Positions 13,908-27,050 of a stretch of DNA of 64,000 nt are shown here, piece by piece (position 1 is the stretch's first letter; the number at the start of each line of letters is the position of its first letter). The position numbers and the translations under genes are program-made. Location of the stretch: assembly GCF_009914755.1 (NCBI RefSeq), contig NC_060925.1; one strand, written 5' to 3'. The notes below the pieces were generated by a model. That model was not told where the DNA came from and ran no database searches. It saw only the letters and a program-made list of their open reading frames with translations. The stretch comes from the human T2T-CHM13v2.0 reference genome, Homo sapiens.

Positions 13908-14418
13908 TGTTGGGAGCAAGCCCCCCAAAATCCGGCCATAAACTGGCCCCAAGACTGGCCATAAACAAAATCTCTGCAGCACTGTAACATGTTCATAATG
14001 GCCCTAACGCCCAAGCTGGTAAGTTGTGGGTTTACGGGAATGAGGGCAAGGAACACCTGGCCCGCCCATGGCGGAAAACCACTTAAACGCATTCTTAAGC
14101 CATAAACAATGGCATGAATGATCTGTGTCTTAAGTGCATGTTCCTGCTGCAGTTAACCAGCCTAACCTATTCCTTTAATTCAGCCCATCCCTTCATTTCC
14201 CTTAAGGGATACTTTTAGTTAATTTAATATCTATAGACACAATTATAACGACTGGTTTGCTGTTAACAAACATGTGGGTAAATCTCTGTTTGTGGCTCTC
14301 AGCTCTGAAGGCTGTGAGACCCCTGATTTCCCACTTCACACCTCTATATTTCTGTGTGTGTCTTTAATTCCTCTAGCGCTGCTGGATTAGGGTCTCCCCA
14401 CCCAAGCTGGTCTGAGCA
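13908..14418 (+). mobile_element. Solo MER9 LTR (HERV-K9/HML-3)
   Basis: tgttgggagcaagccccccaaaatccggccataaactggcccc ... agctggtctgagca; 511 bp; 6-bp TSD TTTTTC (13902-13907 / 14419-14424), the length typical of ERVK. Confidence 0.9.
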
Positions 14419-15199
14419 TTTTTCACCCGACCGAGCTGGTCTCAGCATTTTTCACATTTATTTGGTATGTCGCTTTAATTTCTTTCATTTCCTTGCCAGT
14501 CACTGCTAACTTTGATCTCAACGTACTTGATTCAGATTTTACACTTTCATATTGCTCAAATTTGGTGACTCTATTATTCCTCTAGCAGTTTCCCCAGATC
14601 AGCACATAGACACAACCCTTACCATTCACCATCACCACATACATCACACATGTTATCAGGCTGGAGTATTATCTTCCATTTTGCTATTTGCATATTATGA
14701 CACAAACCAGACACTACCTCAATTATTGGGTCATGAATTTTTTTCCAATATAAGAAGCACATTAAAAGAAAACATAAAAACTCCTTCAAATGAATAATTG
14801 ACAAAACTCTACACTCTTAACCTGTCAGGAGATAAAAAGCCGAGATATCGCTTTGAAAGGCACTCTGGAAGTTCTATCCCTAAGGTGACTGAGATTTTTA
14901 TCACAAGTAAAAAAATATGAACTCATATATGCCAGAATTTTTCAGATGAAATATAAATATTTCAAGAATTAACTTATATCGGTTAACTAGAGTTAACAAA
15001 GTTTATAAGGCAAAGATGAAAATCATTACTTTTAATCTGAGCGTGGCCCCATAGCAAGCAGAATCAAAGTTGTAATGGTAAGGAATAAGGAATAAGGAAT
15101 TTTTAATAGTTTTGTCTATTCTGAAAGTATAGGTAGTCTATGGAATCAATAGCTTGGAGGCTGACACCATTGAGCAATTATGAACATCACGACTCTCTA

Positions 15200-15840
15200 C
15201 TCTTCATCCTCTGACACACACCACTCCATGGGAAATTAGAGTGGCACTTCATTACTGCCAGGTTGGTGAGGTAACCTAAGTTTTCCCTCTTGTTTCCACT
15301 GGCATTGCAACGGGGAAATGCTTGTAAGCAACCAGTGAAGATGAAAACTCTGGATCTCTTTTTGGCCTCCTCTGACATCAGAGTTGGGTGCCTTGGTATA
15401 GCCTGGTAAGGGCGGAAGTCCAGGCTCACCACCTGGCTTTTGCCAGCACGAATGGAGGTAGTCTCACAGTTTCTGCTGTGGAGTTTTGCTAGAGTAGACC
15501 TGTTATTGTCCAGAAGATTTTCTGTCTTGCTAGACTGCTCCTTCTCTAGATAGAGTGGATTTTGTTGAGACTTTATTTTGCCTGTGCCTATTGGTATTTT
15601 TATGTTGCTGACTTCTTCTGTTCCAAGACTGGGTTATATGAGAACAAAAGGAAACCCAGGGATCTTACCTTCCTGTCCTTCTTCAGGCTGCAAGGTCCCT
15701 GGCTGGTCTGCCTGCTTTTCTTCATCTCTCAAAGTCCTCTTAAACTTGTTTCATATGTAATTTGCAGGGGTTTTAATTGTTCCTAGTGGGAAGAATAGTG
15801 AAAAGTACATACTTCAACTTCTCAGAAGTTGAAATTCCCT
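15200..15840 (-). mobile_element. L1MC4-like 3' region fragment
   Basis: ggaagtccaggctc.ccac.tggcttttgc, agagtaga..tgttattgtc.agaagattttctgtcttgctag.ctgc, aaaggaaacccaggga, aggtccctggc. Confidence 0.7.
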
Positions 15841-16300
15841 GCAGTCGTTTTAACTTTCTTAGAACTAAAAAGTGCTTATTTGTGTATCAGCCAAATGGAA
15901 AATATATTATTTCCTCCCTGAAGTTATTATTTCTACTATCCTTGTTCTACTAGCACAGAAAAAATTTATATTAAAAAATAAAAACTCTATGTTATATTGA
16001 CATAATTTCTCTATGTATCTACTTGGATTAATTAGTATTATAGAAACATATGTGGTAACAAAAGTCTAGCTTTTTTTTTTTTTTTCCATTCACTGGCTTA
16101 ATACTTACTTACTTTAAGTTTTCACTACTTATTCCCAGGGATATTCAAAGGGGAAGTTTTATAAATGTTAATAGGATTAAGACCTTCTGATGCATTGCTC
16201 TTATAATACATTTTAAAACAGAAGAAACTGCATCATTTTTCTCCTACATAGATCAACAACTATATTCTTGGTGTTGGATTAGTTAATTACTATCAAAGTA

Positions 16301-16346
16301 ATTACTTTCAATGGCAAAAACATCAATTACGTTTGCACCAACCTAT
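16301..16346. mobile_element. MADE1 (Hsmar1 MITE) half element
   Basis: attactttcaatggcaaaaacatcaattacgtttgcaccaaccta matches the right half of MADE1. Confidence 0.85.
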
Positions 16347-17183
16347 AGTTACACTGCGAAAAGTGACTATGGTATATCATGATGGGGTATTCTAGAGTTC
16401 AGGAAATCTGTTTCCTCATCTGGAGTCTCATTGCATATGGTTGTTTAATATTATATGTAAATATTCATAAAAATGTGCATTTATGTTTTTGTACCACTTT
16501 TTTGTAAAGGTTAGACTTCATTAAAGGAATTACCAGATTATAATGAAGGTGTATCCCTGGGGAGCAGATGTGTGATGGGCTTAAATGACAACCAGCTAAA
16601 AGAGAATGAGATAAAAAAATGTGAATTGTTTTCAAGTGAAAAAAGCTAAGAAATGGTTAACTAAAGTTTATAAAACCTAATGTCATGTAAGAAATGCACT
16701 GTAGTCTTATGTTTCTGTACAGCTCAGCTTTGCTATTTATATAACCATCATAATATAAATGCAGAACATTGCTTGAATAAAATGATAACACTAAAATGGG
16801 AATATTAGAAGAGAAGTTCAGTGTGAACGTAGTTACAAAAGGCAAGAAATTCCCATTTTTTAAAATAAGAATGTAATACATAATTTCTAAAACTGAAAAA
16901 TAAAAAAATAGGTATATGCTGTGGAGGAAAGTTCTCAAAAAGAATTAAGTGTATTAAAAATGAACTGAGAGAGACTATAATACCACGAAAGTGCATAATA
17001 GTGAAGAAAAAAATAAAGTTTCCTCAGCTGTCAGGTGTATGCAAATCTTTTGATCTGAATATAGAAATACTCACAAAAACTACCAGGAGACCATTTCTGA
17101 AAGTAGTCAATTATGTTTAAACATTTATCTCCTTAAAACATGCAAACCACCAAACTGGAGTTATGTTTTTAGTTGGTAATTGA

Positions 17184-17498
<315 letters not shown>

Positions 17499-17740
17499 AT
17501 AATTGGTATCTCTTAACTCTCATTCTAGTTTTCTAGAATCAAAATTGTTAAGAATAAGGAGTTGAGACAAAGGTAGAAGAATCCACACTATAGTGTTCCA
17601 AACTGTTTTCAAAACTAACTCATTCCTTTGGTTCAAAGAGAAAAAAGGTTACCTCCTTTTAAAATCTAATATGAGTATGGCTGATGGAAATTAGACCAGT
17701 CTTACAAATTATAAACCTACAGTAGCAACCATAAAATTTA

Positions 17741-18166
<426 letters not shown>

Positions 18167-19007
18167 TTAGAAGTCATCCAGTCCAACTCATTCACAGCAC
18201 TCCCTCCCCTGCAGTCCCATTTTAAAGACAGGAAACCCCAACCTGTAGTACTCACAGATTCTGCTGAGATCCATCTCCACCCACTAACTGGAAGCAATCA
18301 CTTATTTTGGAGTGTATGTGTGTGAATGTGTGTGTGTGTCTGACCAAAAGGTATAAATGAGTAACATTTCTACACTGTTTATTCTGTACTTTTCTTTGGA
18401 GTTAATGCAACAACTCCTGTCACTTCGATTAGATTTAAAAGGAAACAGGAGAAATATGTCTAGTCACAATGGGGTTGCTGTTAGGAAGTCAGACTTAAGA
18501 TTGTGGATCTAAGAGTAGAATCCACTTCTCAGAGACTGGGAGTGTAAAATGACCACTCAGGTTAGAGTTTCTAACTGACAGCCAGGAGAAAAACTTATTC
18601 TAAAATTTTGTTTTGCCTAGTTTAAGTTACATTTTAAGTCACTGTTTAAGCTGTTACAGGATTACTGTAAAAAGTTTCAAAGTAATTTTTAGTCATTACC
18701 TACCCTAAAATTTGAAAGTCAAGTCAATAGCATGCTTTATTCTAACTACCGTTAAAGCTCAAACTATTTTTTAACAGATTATAATATTCCTCTTAGCTTT
18801 TCTTCTGGGCACTTACACCTCTTCCTACTTTGTCTAGTATTTCTCCAGCACATGTACCTTTGTGTTTCTCTGCCCATGTACATACCTCTGAAAGTTCAAC
18901 AAAAAAAGTTATGAAAAAGCAGAGAGAACCCAAAATATTTCTTATACTGCCAAGTTCCCTTTAAGCCTTGAGTACTTGTTACACTACATGGTTGTATTAA
19001 TGCTTAC

Positions 19008-20199
19008 TGTGTCCGGAATTGGTGGGTTCTTGGTCTCACTGACTTCAAGAATGAAGCCGCAGACCCTCGCGGTGAGTGTTACAGCTCTTAAGGTGGCGCG
19101 TCTGGAGTTTCTTCCTTCTGGTGTTCCCGCCCAGTTCGTGGTCTCCCTGGCTCAAGAGTGAAACTGCAGACCTTCGCCATATTACAGCACTTAAGGCAGC
19201 GCGTCTGGAGTTGTTCGTTCCTCCCGGTAGGCTCGTGGTCTCGATGGCTTCAGGAGTGAAGCTGCAGACCTTCGCGGTGAGTGTTACAGCTCATAAAAGC
19301 AGCGTGGACCCAAAGAGTGAGCAGTAGCAAGATTTATTGCAAAGAGCGAAAGAACAAACCTTACACACCAGAGAAAGGGAACGGAGCGGGCTGGCGCTGC
19401 TGGCTCGGGCAGCCTGCATTTATTCACTTATCTGGCCCCACCCACATCCTGCTGATTGGTAGAGCCGAGTAGTCTGTTTTGACAGGGCGCTGATTGGTGC
19501 GTTTACAATCCCTGAGCTAGACACAAAGGTTCTCCACTTCCCCACCAGACTCAGGAGTCCAGTTGGCTTCACCCAGTGGATGCCACACCAGGGCTGCAGG
19601 TGGACCTGCCTGCCAGTCCCGGTGCCGTGCGCACGCACTCCTCAGCCCGTGGGTGGTCGATGGGACTGGGCGCCGTGGAGCAGGTGGCGGCGCTCATCCG
19701 GGAGGCTCGGGCGGCAAAGGAGCCCACGGACGGGGTGGGAGGCTCAGGCATGGTGGCCTGCAGGTCCCAAGCCCTGCCCAGCGGGAAGGCAGCTAAGGCC
19801 CAGTGAGAAATCGAGCGCAGCGCCGTGGGCTGGCACTGTTGGGGGACCCAGTACACCCTCTGCAGCCGCTGGCCCGGGTGCTAAGCCCCTCATTGCCCGG
19901 GGCCGGCGTGGCAGGCAGGCAGCTCCGAGTGTGGGGCCCGCCAAGTCCACGCCCACCCGGAACTCCAGCTGGCCCGCAAGCGCAGCGCGCAGCCCTGGTT
20001 TCCGCTCGCGCCTCTCCCTCCACACCTCCCTGCAAGCTGAGGGAGCCGGCTCTGGCCTTGGCCAGCCCAGAAAGGGGTTCCCACAGTGCAGCGGTGGGCT
20101 GAAGGGCTCCTCAAGTGCCACCAAAGTGGGAGCCCAGGCAGAGGAGGCACCGAGAGCGAGCGAGGGCTGTGAGGACTGCTAGCACTCTGTCACCTCTCA
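19008..20199 (-). mobile_element. Solo LTR12C (ERV9) LTR
   Basis: Reverse complement starts tgagaggtgacagagtgctagcagtcctcacagccctcgctcgctctcgg and ends ccaccaattccggacaca; CpG-rich; U5 tandem repeats; 4-bp TSD TTAC (19004-19007 / 20200-20203). Confidence 0.95.
19410..19500 (-). promoter_or_regulatory. LTR12C core promoter motifs (two CCAAT boxes, GATA, AATAAA/TATA-like box)
   Basis: ctgattggt at ~19452 and ~19490 (CCAATCAG on -), ttatct (GATA on -) ~19428, tttatt ~19419; these are known LTR12 promoter motifs, activity unknown. Confidence 0.55.
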
Positions 20200-20844
20200 T
20201 TACAACTAAGCTTTTGATGAATTAGACCAATGTGTTCCATATTTTAAATGAAATTTAGGTATCTGAATCCTTCTGTTACAGGCAACAATAAAAACAGTTA
20301 TTGAAAATGTTGAAAAGTATAAAATAGTAATTATAAAGTAGCAAATACCCAATTTAAAAAGGCAGTTTTCCTTATACAGTACAAGCAACGGTAATTTGAA
20401 TATTATTCACTTTCAGCCACCATTTGCCCTAGATGTACTTTACTTATGACAAGTTTTTAAGCTTGTGTTTTTGGAGTGAAAATTTATATGGATACTAACA
20501 ATTATAATTTTTGTTATTTAACAGCATCTTTAATATAATAGCACAGAAAACATATTTTCTGAAATTTTCAGTTAAAGCCTTTGAATTATTTATCTTTGAT
20601 TTAATATACAGCCAGCATTTTGCCCCATTCTAAATAATATTTAGCTGAACTGATTCATACGTATTTTAATGACCATTATAGCAAGGGCCTACAAATGGTG
20701 TGGGAATCAGGGAAAAGCTGCCTCTTTGGTATCTCAACTGGTGTTGATTATTGCTATCAACTATTCGGTGAAAAAAATCAAAATTAAGCCCCGTCAAATC
20801 TTATAAGTACTAGCTTTGGTCCTTCAAACACTTGAACATTTGTG

Positions 20845-21198
20845 AAAATGATGAGTTCATATCCTTTGTAGGGACATGGATGAAGCTGGAAACCATCATT
20901 CTCAGCAAACTATCACAGGGACAAAAAACCAAACACCGCATGTTCTCACTCACAGGTGGGAATTGAACAATGAGAACACATGAACACAGGAAGGGGAACA
21001 TCACGCACCAGGGACTGTTGTGTAGTGGGCGGGGGGGGTGGGATAGCATTAGGAGATATACCTAATGCTAAATGACGAGTTAATGGGTGCAGCACACAAA
21101 TATAGCACATGTATACATATGTAACAAACCTGCATGTTGTGCACATGTACCCTAAAACTTAAAGTATAATAATAATAATTTAAAAAAAGAAAAATAAA
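20845..21198 (+). mobile_element. 5'-truncated young L1PA (L1PA3/4-like) 3' end
   Basis: atgatgagttcatatcctttgtagggacatggatgaagctggaaacc ... ggagatatacctaatgctaaatgacgag ... cctaaaacttaaagtataataata + A-tail. Confidence 0.93.
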
Positions 21199-23489
21199 GT
21201 TGAAGTTCAGGTCTTGCCATTGCCATTAAAAACAAATCAGACTGGAGACTTAGTTTACCTGGGAACAAATTTACTTGAATATTCAGTACCTGAAACTATG
21301 CCAAACCAAAGAGCAGCTGCAGTACATTAGTTATTTTAAATGTACAAGTTTACAAAGTTTATTTTCATCTTTACATAAGGATGATTTTTTTAAAAACCGT
21401 TTTTACATATTAGTGGTTATGATCCAATATGTCATGAGTGAATTTAGCTGTAAGGTGGCTTAAATCAAATATGCACTGTTTACTTGAATTGTATTTCTAC
21501 TAGAAAGCAGATTTTGACTATGTTTACTGGACTGTTTAAATTAAGGATTATCAGGCATGTAAGATCTCCTTTCGGTTATCTTTAAAGCAGTTGTATATTA
21601 AGGGCTTAGATTTAGGGTCTACATATTCTGGGCATTGAATAGGCAGTATCTTACAAATAAGTTTTGCTTACCTTTTGTTCCAGGGGCTAGCACTGCTATC
21701 AGTGGAAAGTAATTTTAACTAATCTGTTATTAAGAAATTCATATTTTTGCATTTCAGCCAAAATAAAGACCGTATCTAATAATCTGTTAGAAACAGATAA
21801 TATATGTCTGAAGTCCATATGTTTCATATGATCTAAACTGTATTTTCTGATTTAAATTAAAAATGTAATATAGATTCAGAAAGTTTCATATTTTTATAAT
21901 GACTTCATTTTATATTATTTTGTTGGGTTGCATAAAGAAACAAGGAATTGTATTAAAAGATGAAGAAAGCTATTAGGTATATCTGTGCATGAGTGCAAAT
22001 GAGTTTATGCCTGTTTAAAAGAAAAGATGAACACTATTTTAAAGTGAGCTTTAATATGCTTTTATATAAAAATATTTGAAGTGCAATTTAGTTTGGTTGT
22101 GTTTATCTAACAAGTACCATACCCTTGTATTTATTCTCATTTGTATAATCCTAGCCCATGACTTAATGTTGACGCTTTGCTTTGTCTTTTGGATGGCCTA
22201 ACCTACATTAACATGTATGCAGAACATTTTAAAACTTATTTTTTCAAAAATCATTATGAACTACTTTATTAATAAACAAATAAAGATAAAAATGTATTAA
22301 AAATGATATTATGTAAAGAGCAGGAATTTATATTCAAGAACGATTAGACAGTGAACTGCTATTTTTCAGCCTAGCAGTAGTTATTAATCTCTAAATGATC
22401 TGTATGTATTACCTTTTTAAATAAATAGGAATGTATAAGACATAAATCTACAGAGAAGTCTAGTTGAATTATAAATTTAAAGTAACTCTTTAATCTATAA
22501 TTTATTATGATTTTCAAAAATACTCTTCATGTTAAAATATTGTCATATTTGTTCTATCACAGCAATTAGCCCGAGTATGAGCTTTTTAAGAGGCTAGGGC
22601 AAAGATGTGCATGTACTGTAAAAGTCAGTGAATGTAGATGTTTATTTCACTGGATTTGAGCTTTTTGAGAAAACAAAACTTACATAATGCTTGTTTTAAA
22701 AAGATAAATAACATTTTAAATTGTGACCATAATTTTGCTGTCCCCAAGTAGTGTTAGAAGGGTGGCTAAAATCTGTATGGATTTTTAAGACATGTTTTCA
22801 TGTAGAAACATATAAATTGTATATTGTGTGTATTTATTTATAGATATCTGATAACATGAGTTTTTTGGCATGCCGGAAGTTATGATGAAATAGTTATTTA
22901 TGGAAGGTAGATTCTTTTGTTTTGATGAATTGATAAGTATCTGTTACATATTGGAAATAGTACATATGTTGCAATAATGTCTGAAAGGTACAAGATATTT
23001 TTATTACCAATATGCATACCATATTTAATGTACACATTCTATACTATATGTGTTTCGAATTATTATAGTAATATTCAGTCAAAAAGTAAAAATGAATACA
23101 TAAATCCTTTGTTAAATAACTCATGCCTCGAGATAAAAGTTACATTATATTATTCTTAATTCAAAGCCTACATTTGGTTAGAAGGAAAGCAGTAAGGCAG
23201 GATTGGCTTTAAGAAATACTGTGGTTGTTAAAATAAATGACTTGGAAACGAGTTTCCAGTAGCTTCATACAGGCTCTTGAGCCAGTTTGCTAAATATAGA
23301 CACTTAATTCTGTTGCCTCTGCTAAAGGGCAATCTAGAGATAGCTAGGGGATTGTTTAAAAAATACTGCTTCTGTGCAGCCAAAATGGTCTAGTTAATTT
23401 TCACATATAGAGGAGCAGATTTTATACGTATATATGTGTGTACCCATAGGTAGATATGGATATGGATATAGATATGGTATCACTGGTAT

Positions 23490-24810
23490 TTGTTCATTCT
23501 ATTTACTGTTTCTCAAATTGCTGAAATTGGACCAGTCATTGTATGAGACAAAAACAAAAACGAAACACAACACAACAGAAAAGATGAATAAGGCATGACT
23601 TCACCTGACCTCAAGGGATTCACAAATTTAGGAGGGCAGAAAGAAATATAGATGCCCCAAATCACTGTATAGTTTTAATAAGATGAATTAAAAACATCCT
23701 ATGAATGTACCAAAAAGAAGTGATTTAATACTAAATAATAGACCTGGTGAATTATTGAAACTGAAAAATGTTTTCTGAAAAAGTAAAGGTAGCCCTGATT
23801 TTTAAAGGAAGAACTTTTTTTTTTTTTCTGGAAACTTTGAAAGAACAGAAACACATCAGGCACATGAGCACTCCAGGGGAACGCATGAGCATAGTCCTGT
23901 GGTAGAGGGTTTTGTCTGTGTGTGTTTGTAGGAGCAGAAGTAGAAAGTCGTAGTTTACTATTAATATTTCTTGTCCATAGAGCTCAGTAATTAGGAAGTG
24001 GCAGAAAACAAAGCTGAAAACGAGATAGGGGACAGTTCACAGATGTTCTTGAATTCATGGCTATTTTTTATTTTATCCTATGGGCACCTGCAAAGAGGAC
24101 AATTCTGGCAGCAATAGAGAAGCTAATTTTGAGCACCACAAAACAAGCACAGAGAGCAATAGATGAGAGCTGTATCAAGAGCAATAGCAATAAGAATGGA
24201 GAGGATGGGGCAATTTGAGAAAGCTCTGAAGGACTATAGTTGATAAGATATGGGAACTAAAAAAGAATAAGAGAATACAAGATAACTTTCAGGTGACTGG
24301 ATCAGGCTGCTAACTGATGAAACAGACAAAAATAATAATAATGAAAAAAAGATGTTTAAAATATGGAAATTGCAAGTTCAATTTTGAACATATGAAGTTT
24401 TCTGGAAGAGGTTTTCAGCAGTCAACTCAGAAAAATGGTATAAGCTACAGGCATATCTATGTAGATCAGTTTATGAGTAAAATCGTATGCTACATATGTT
24501 AAATCTATAAAAAGTGGATAAACTTTCATGTTGGGCAGATCCTAGAGAAATAAGCACTTTTTGGAAGATAAGACATACCCTTTTAATAAGGGATGAATAA
24601 TCAGAAAAAAATATGAGTAGAATTAGAGGATGAAAGGTTGCAGAGAGCAAGGGAAATTTTTAAATAGAATGGCATGATCAAAATATCTCATGAAACAGAA
24701 AGGTACAGTAATGCAGGAATGGAAAATTGTTTAACAATCAGAAGCTCAATATTAGTGTAAGTGAGAGCTGTTTAAATAAAGGTGTGAGAGGAGAAGGCAG
24801 GTTACATGTT
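23490..24810 (-). mobile_element. L2 fragments
   Basis: ttcattc..., aagatgaataaggcatgacttcacctgacctcaagggattcaca, aagttcaattttgaacatatgaagttt; purine-rich antisense L2 texture. Confidence 0.65.
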
Positions 24811-24981
24811 ATCCCTAGAAAACTGTAAATGCCTCCTACTGAAATTTAGTGTCTGCTTTATATTTGCCTTATTTATAACATTTAGAGCCCTCAATTTGCT
24901 CTTGACTATTGACATATTCTATCTATTACAGCAAATATGGCCTCCTCTTTTTCTCTGTAGGAAATAATAGGTTATATTGGG

Positions 24982-25447
24982 TGTCAACAACTGTGAGAGC
25001 TCTGAGTTTTTACCACACTGTAAGCTAGCAAGTTAGTCTGCCTCAATTATTTGGAAAATTGAAGAATATATATCACTCTTCATGGTCAGAGAAAAAGGAC
25101 TGCATTATTCTCACAGCAAGAGAAGTGGTCAGAGTATCAGCACTTTTAGAGAGTTTCCCCAAGCCTCAGTAAGATGCATGATAGGAAAAGACACACAAGC
25201 TTAGGGGCCCACATATTTTATAATGGGTAGTAAGCCTGCCTGACCCTAGCTCTAGGGGAGATATTATATTTATTACATTGGATAGTAAGTAAACTCGTCC
25301 TTTGTTTTGAAGAGAGACACTATCTCTGTATGTCAAGGCTGCTTGTTATAAAATCATCCTTAGAAAGATAGTCTGGAACAAAGGCAACAAGTGTCTCTGC
25401 TCACAAGTTTGGAGATGTAACCGACAATGAAGAATTTTTGTTCAACA
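24982..25447 (-). mobile_element. LTR40-like LTR (ERVL class), acting as 3' LTR of a provirus relic
   Basis: Reverse complement starts tgttgaacaaaaattcttcatt..cttgtgagcagagacact..tgcctttgttccagactatcttt and ends ctaacttgctagcttacagtgtggtaaaaactcagagctctcacagttgttgaca. Confidence 0.75.
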
Positions 25448-26020
25448 ATATCTACTTCTTGTATCTACACTGTCTTGTTTTATGGTGAATATTTCCATAA
25501 ATATGCCACTTCATTGGCCACTCAATCTGACCAACGAAATCTGAAACAAATCCACTTATGTTTCCTTATACAGTAGATAATTAAGGCTACTATCAACAGA
25601 ATTTCAAGGAGCAACAGAAAGTCATTCTGAAGTATTGACCTCACCATGCCTCCAGGTTCCTGAATACAAATGTCAACTTTTGAACAAATGATTTAAACTT
25701 TTAAAATCTACCTTAGAAAGCCAGGCGGATTTCTCCAAAAGGTCTAGTATTAACCTTTATCTTCGCCTGAGGCTTTTGTTTAGGTACTGCATGATGTATC
25801 ATGATGTATTATAGACTTACACATTGCACATTGTCCCACAAGGAGAAAGCCTAAGGTGATTCTATTATCCAGAACTAACTTATCCAATGAGTTGAGAATG
25901 ATCTGAATGCCTCTCATGGCTGAAATGATTAGCTGATTATTTCAGCTAAAGTCAGAAACAATTCAAGATTTCACAAAGCATTTGGTTGTCATGTCTTCTT
26001 AGACTCCCTGAATAAGTAAC
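25448..26020 (-). mobile_element. ERV internal relic with decayed env TM segment
   Basis: Minus frame from 25920 reads AMRGIQIILNSLDKLVLDNRITLGFLLVGQCAMC, then a frameshifted NTSC(S)T; similar to the retroviral TM ISD (LxxVVLDNRxALDYLLAxQGGVC) and CX6CC. Confidence 0.7.
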
Positions 26021-26029
26021 CATTCCTCA

Positions 26030-27050
26030 GTCTTTCCTTGCTTATTACAGACTTGAAACTTTTTAAAGAGTACTATCCAGTTATTTTAGAGTTTCTGTCA
26101 ATTTTTAGTTTGACAATATTTTCATAACTATATGGAAGTCATGCATTATTGGGTAGAATACCACAAAAGTAATGAGTCTTTCTCAGTGCATGAGGCCAAA
26201 GGGAAATGATGCTAAGTCATTTTCTGGATAATGCAAACTTTGATCACTCAGTTGAGATGTTGAGTGTCAGCTTTCTCCATCATATTGTAACTACTATTCT
26301 CTTGGTAATTGTATTAGTCCATTTTCATGCTGCTGATAAAGACATACCCAAGACTGGGCTTCTTACAAAAGAAAAAGGTTTAATGGACTCACAGTTCCAC
26401 AGGGCTGGGGAGGCATCACTATTATGGTGGAAGGTGAAAATACATCTCACATGGTGGCAGACAAGAGGAGAGAGCTTGTGTAGGGAAATGCCCCTTTATA
26501 AAACCATTGGATCTTGTGAGACCAATTCACTATCATGAGAACAGCATGGGAAAGACCCACCCCCATGATCAATTAACTTCCACCAGGTTCCTCCCACAGC
26601 ATATGGGAATTGTGGGACCTACAGTTCAAGATGAGATTTGGGTGGGAACACAGCCAAACCATATCAGTAATTTAAAAATATCTATTTGGGTGGAGATGTT
26701 TTGAGAAGATGCACATATTCCCTTTTTTCTCTAACTTATGCTCACTGTTTTATTGCACAATGTTGATTCTTGCCTGCAGGAAATATTGCTATAGAGTTCT
26801 AATGGTGATTTTATATTCCCTTTATTCTTTATATATTTATTAATTGGAATTATTTTCTAAAAATTGTGCCTTCTCTTCATTTATATTATTCATTTATTAT
26901 TTCTACCAGTATGGAGTCATGGAAATTTATTTTATTATCTGGGTAATAATCTAACACTATCTATTATTAATTCTAAGGTTGGTAAAATTGTTTCAGATAT
27001 GGGGAGTACTTTAGATTAGCTCTTGTGCTCTTTTAAGAGGCACCAATACA
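26030..27050 (-). mobile_element. Old L1MC/ME 3' fragment interrupted by THE1B
   Basis: cctcagtctttccttg..acttgaaactttttaaagagtact..ccagttatttt; gaataccacaaaagtaatg; aactttgatcact; ttctaatggtgattttatattccc. Confidence 0.65.
26310..26666 (-). mobile_element. Solo THE1B LTR
   Basis: tgtattagtccattttcatgctgctgataaagacataccc ... cacagccaaaccatatca; 5-bp TSD GTAAT (26305-26309 / 26667-26671). Confidence 0.93.

Noticed and set aside
19420-20182. Cluster of long GC-rich overlapping ORFs (up to 200 aa) and a CpG-island-like stretch
   Set aside because: Lies entirely within LTR12C U3; stop codons are scarce because of GC content.
20440-22289. Naming the parent gene of the UTR-like sequence
   Set aside because: It looks like a conserved long 3'UTR, but I cannot recognise it with confidence; a search is needed.
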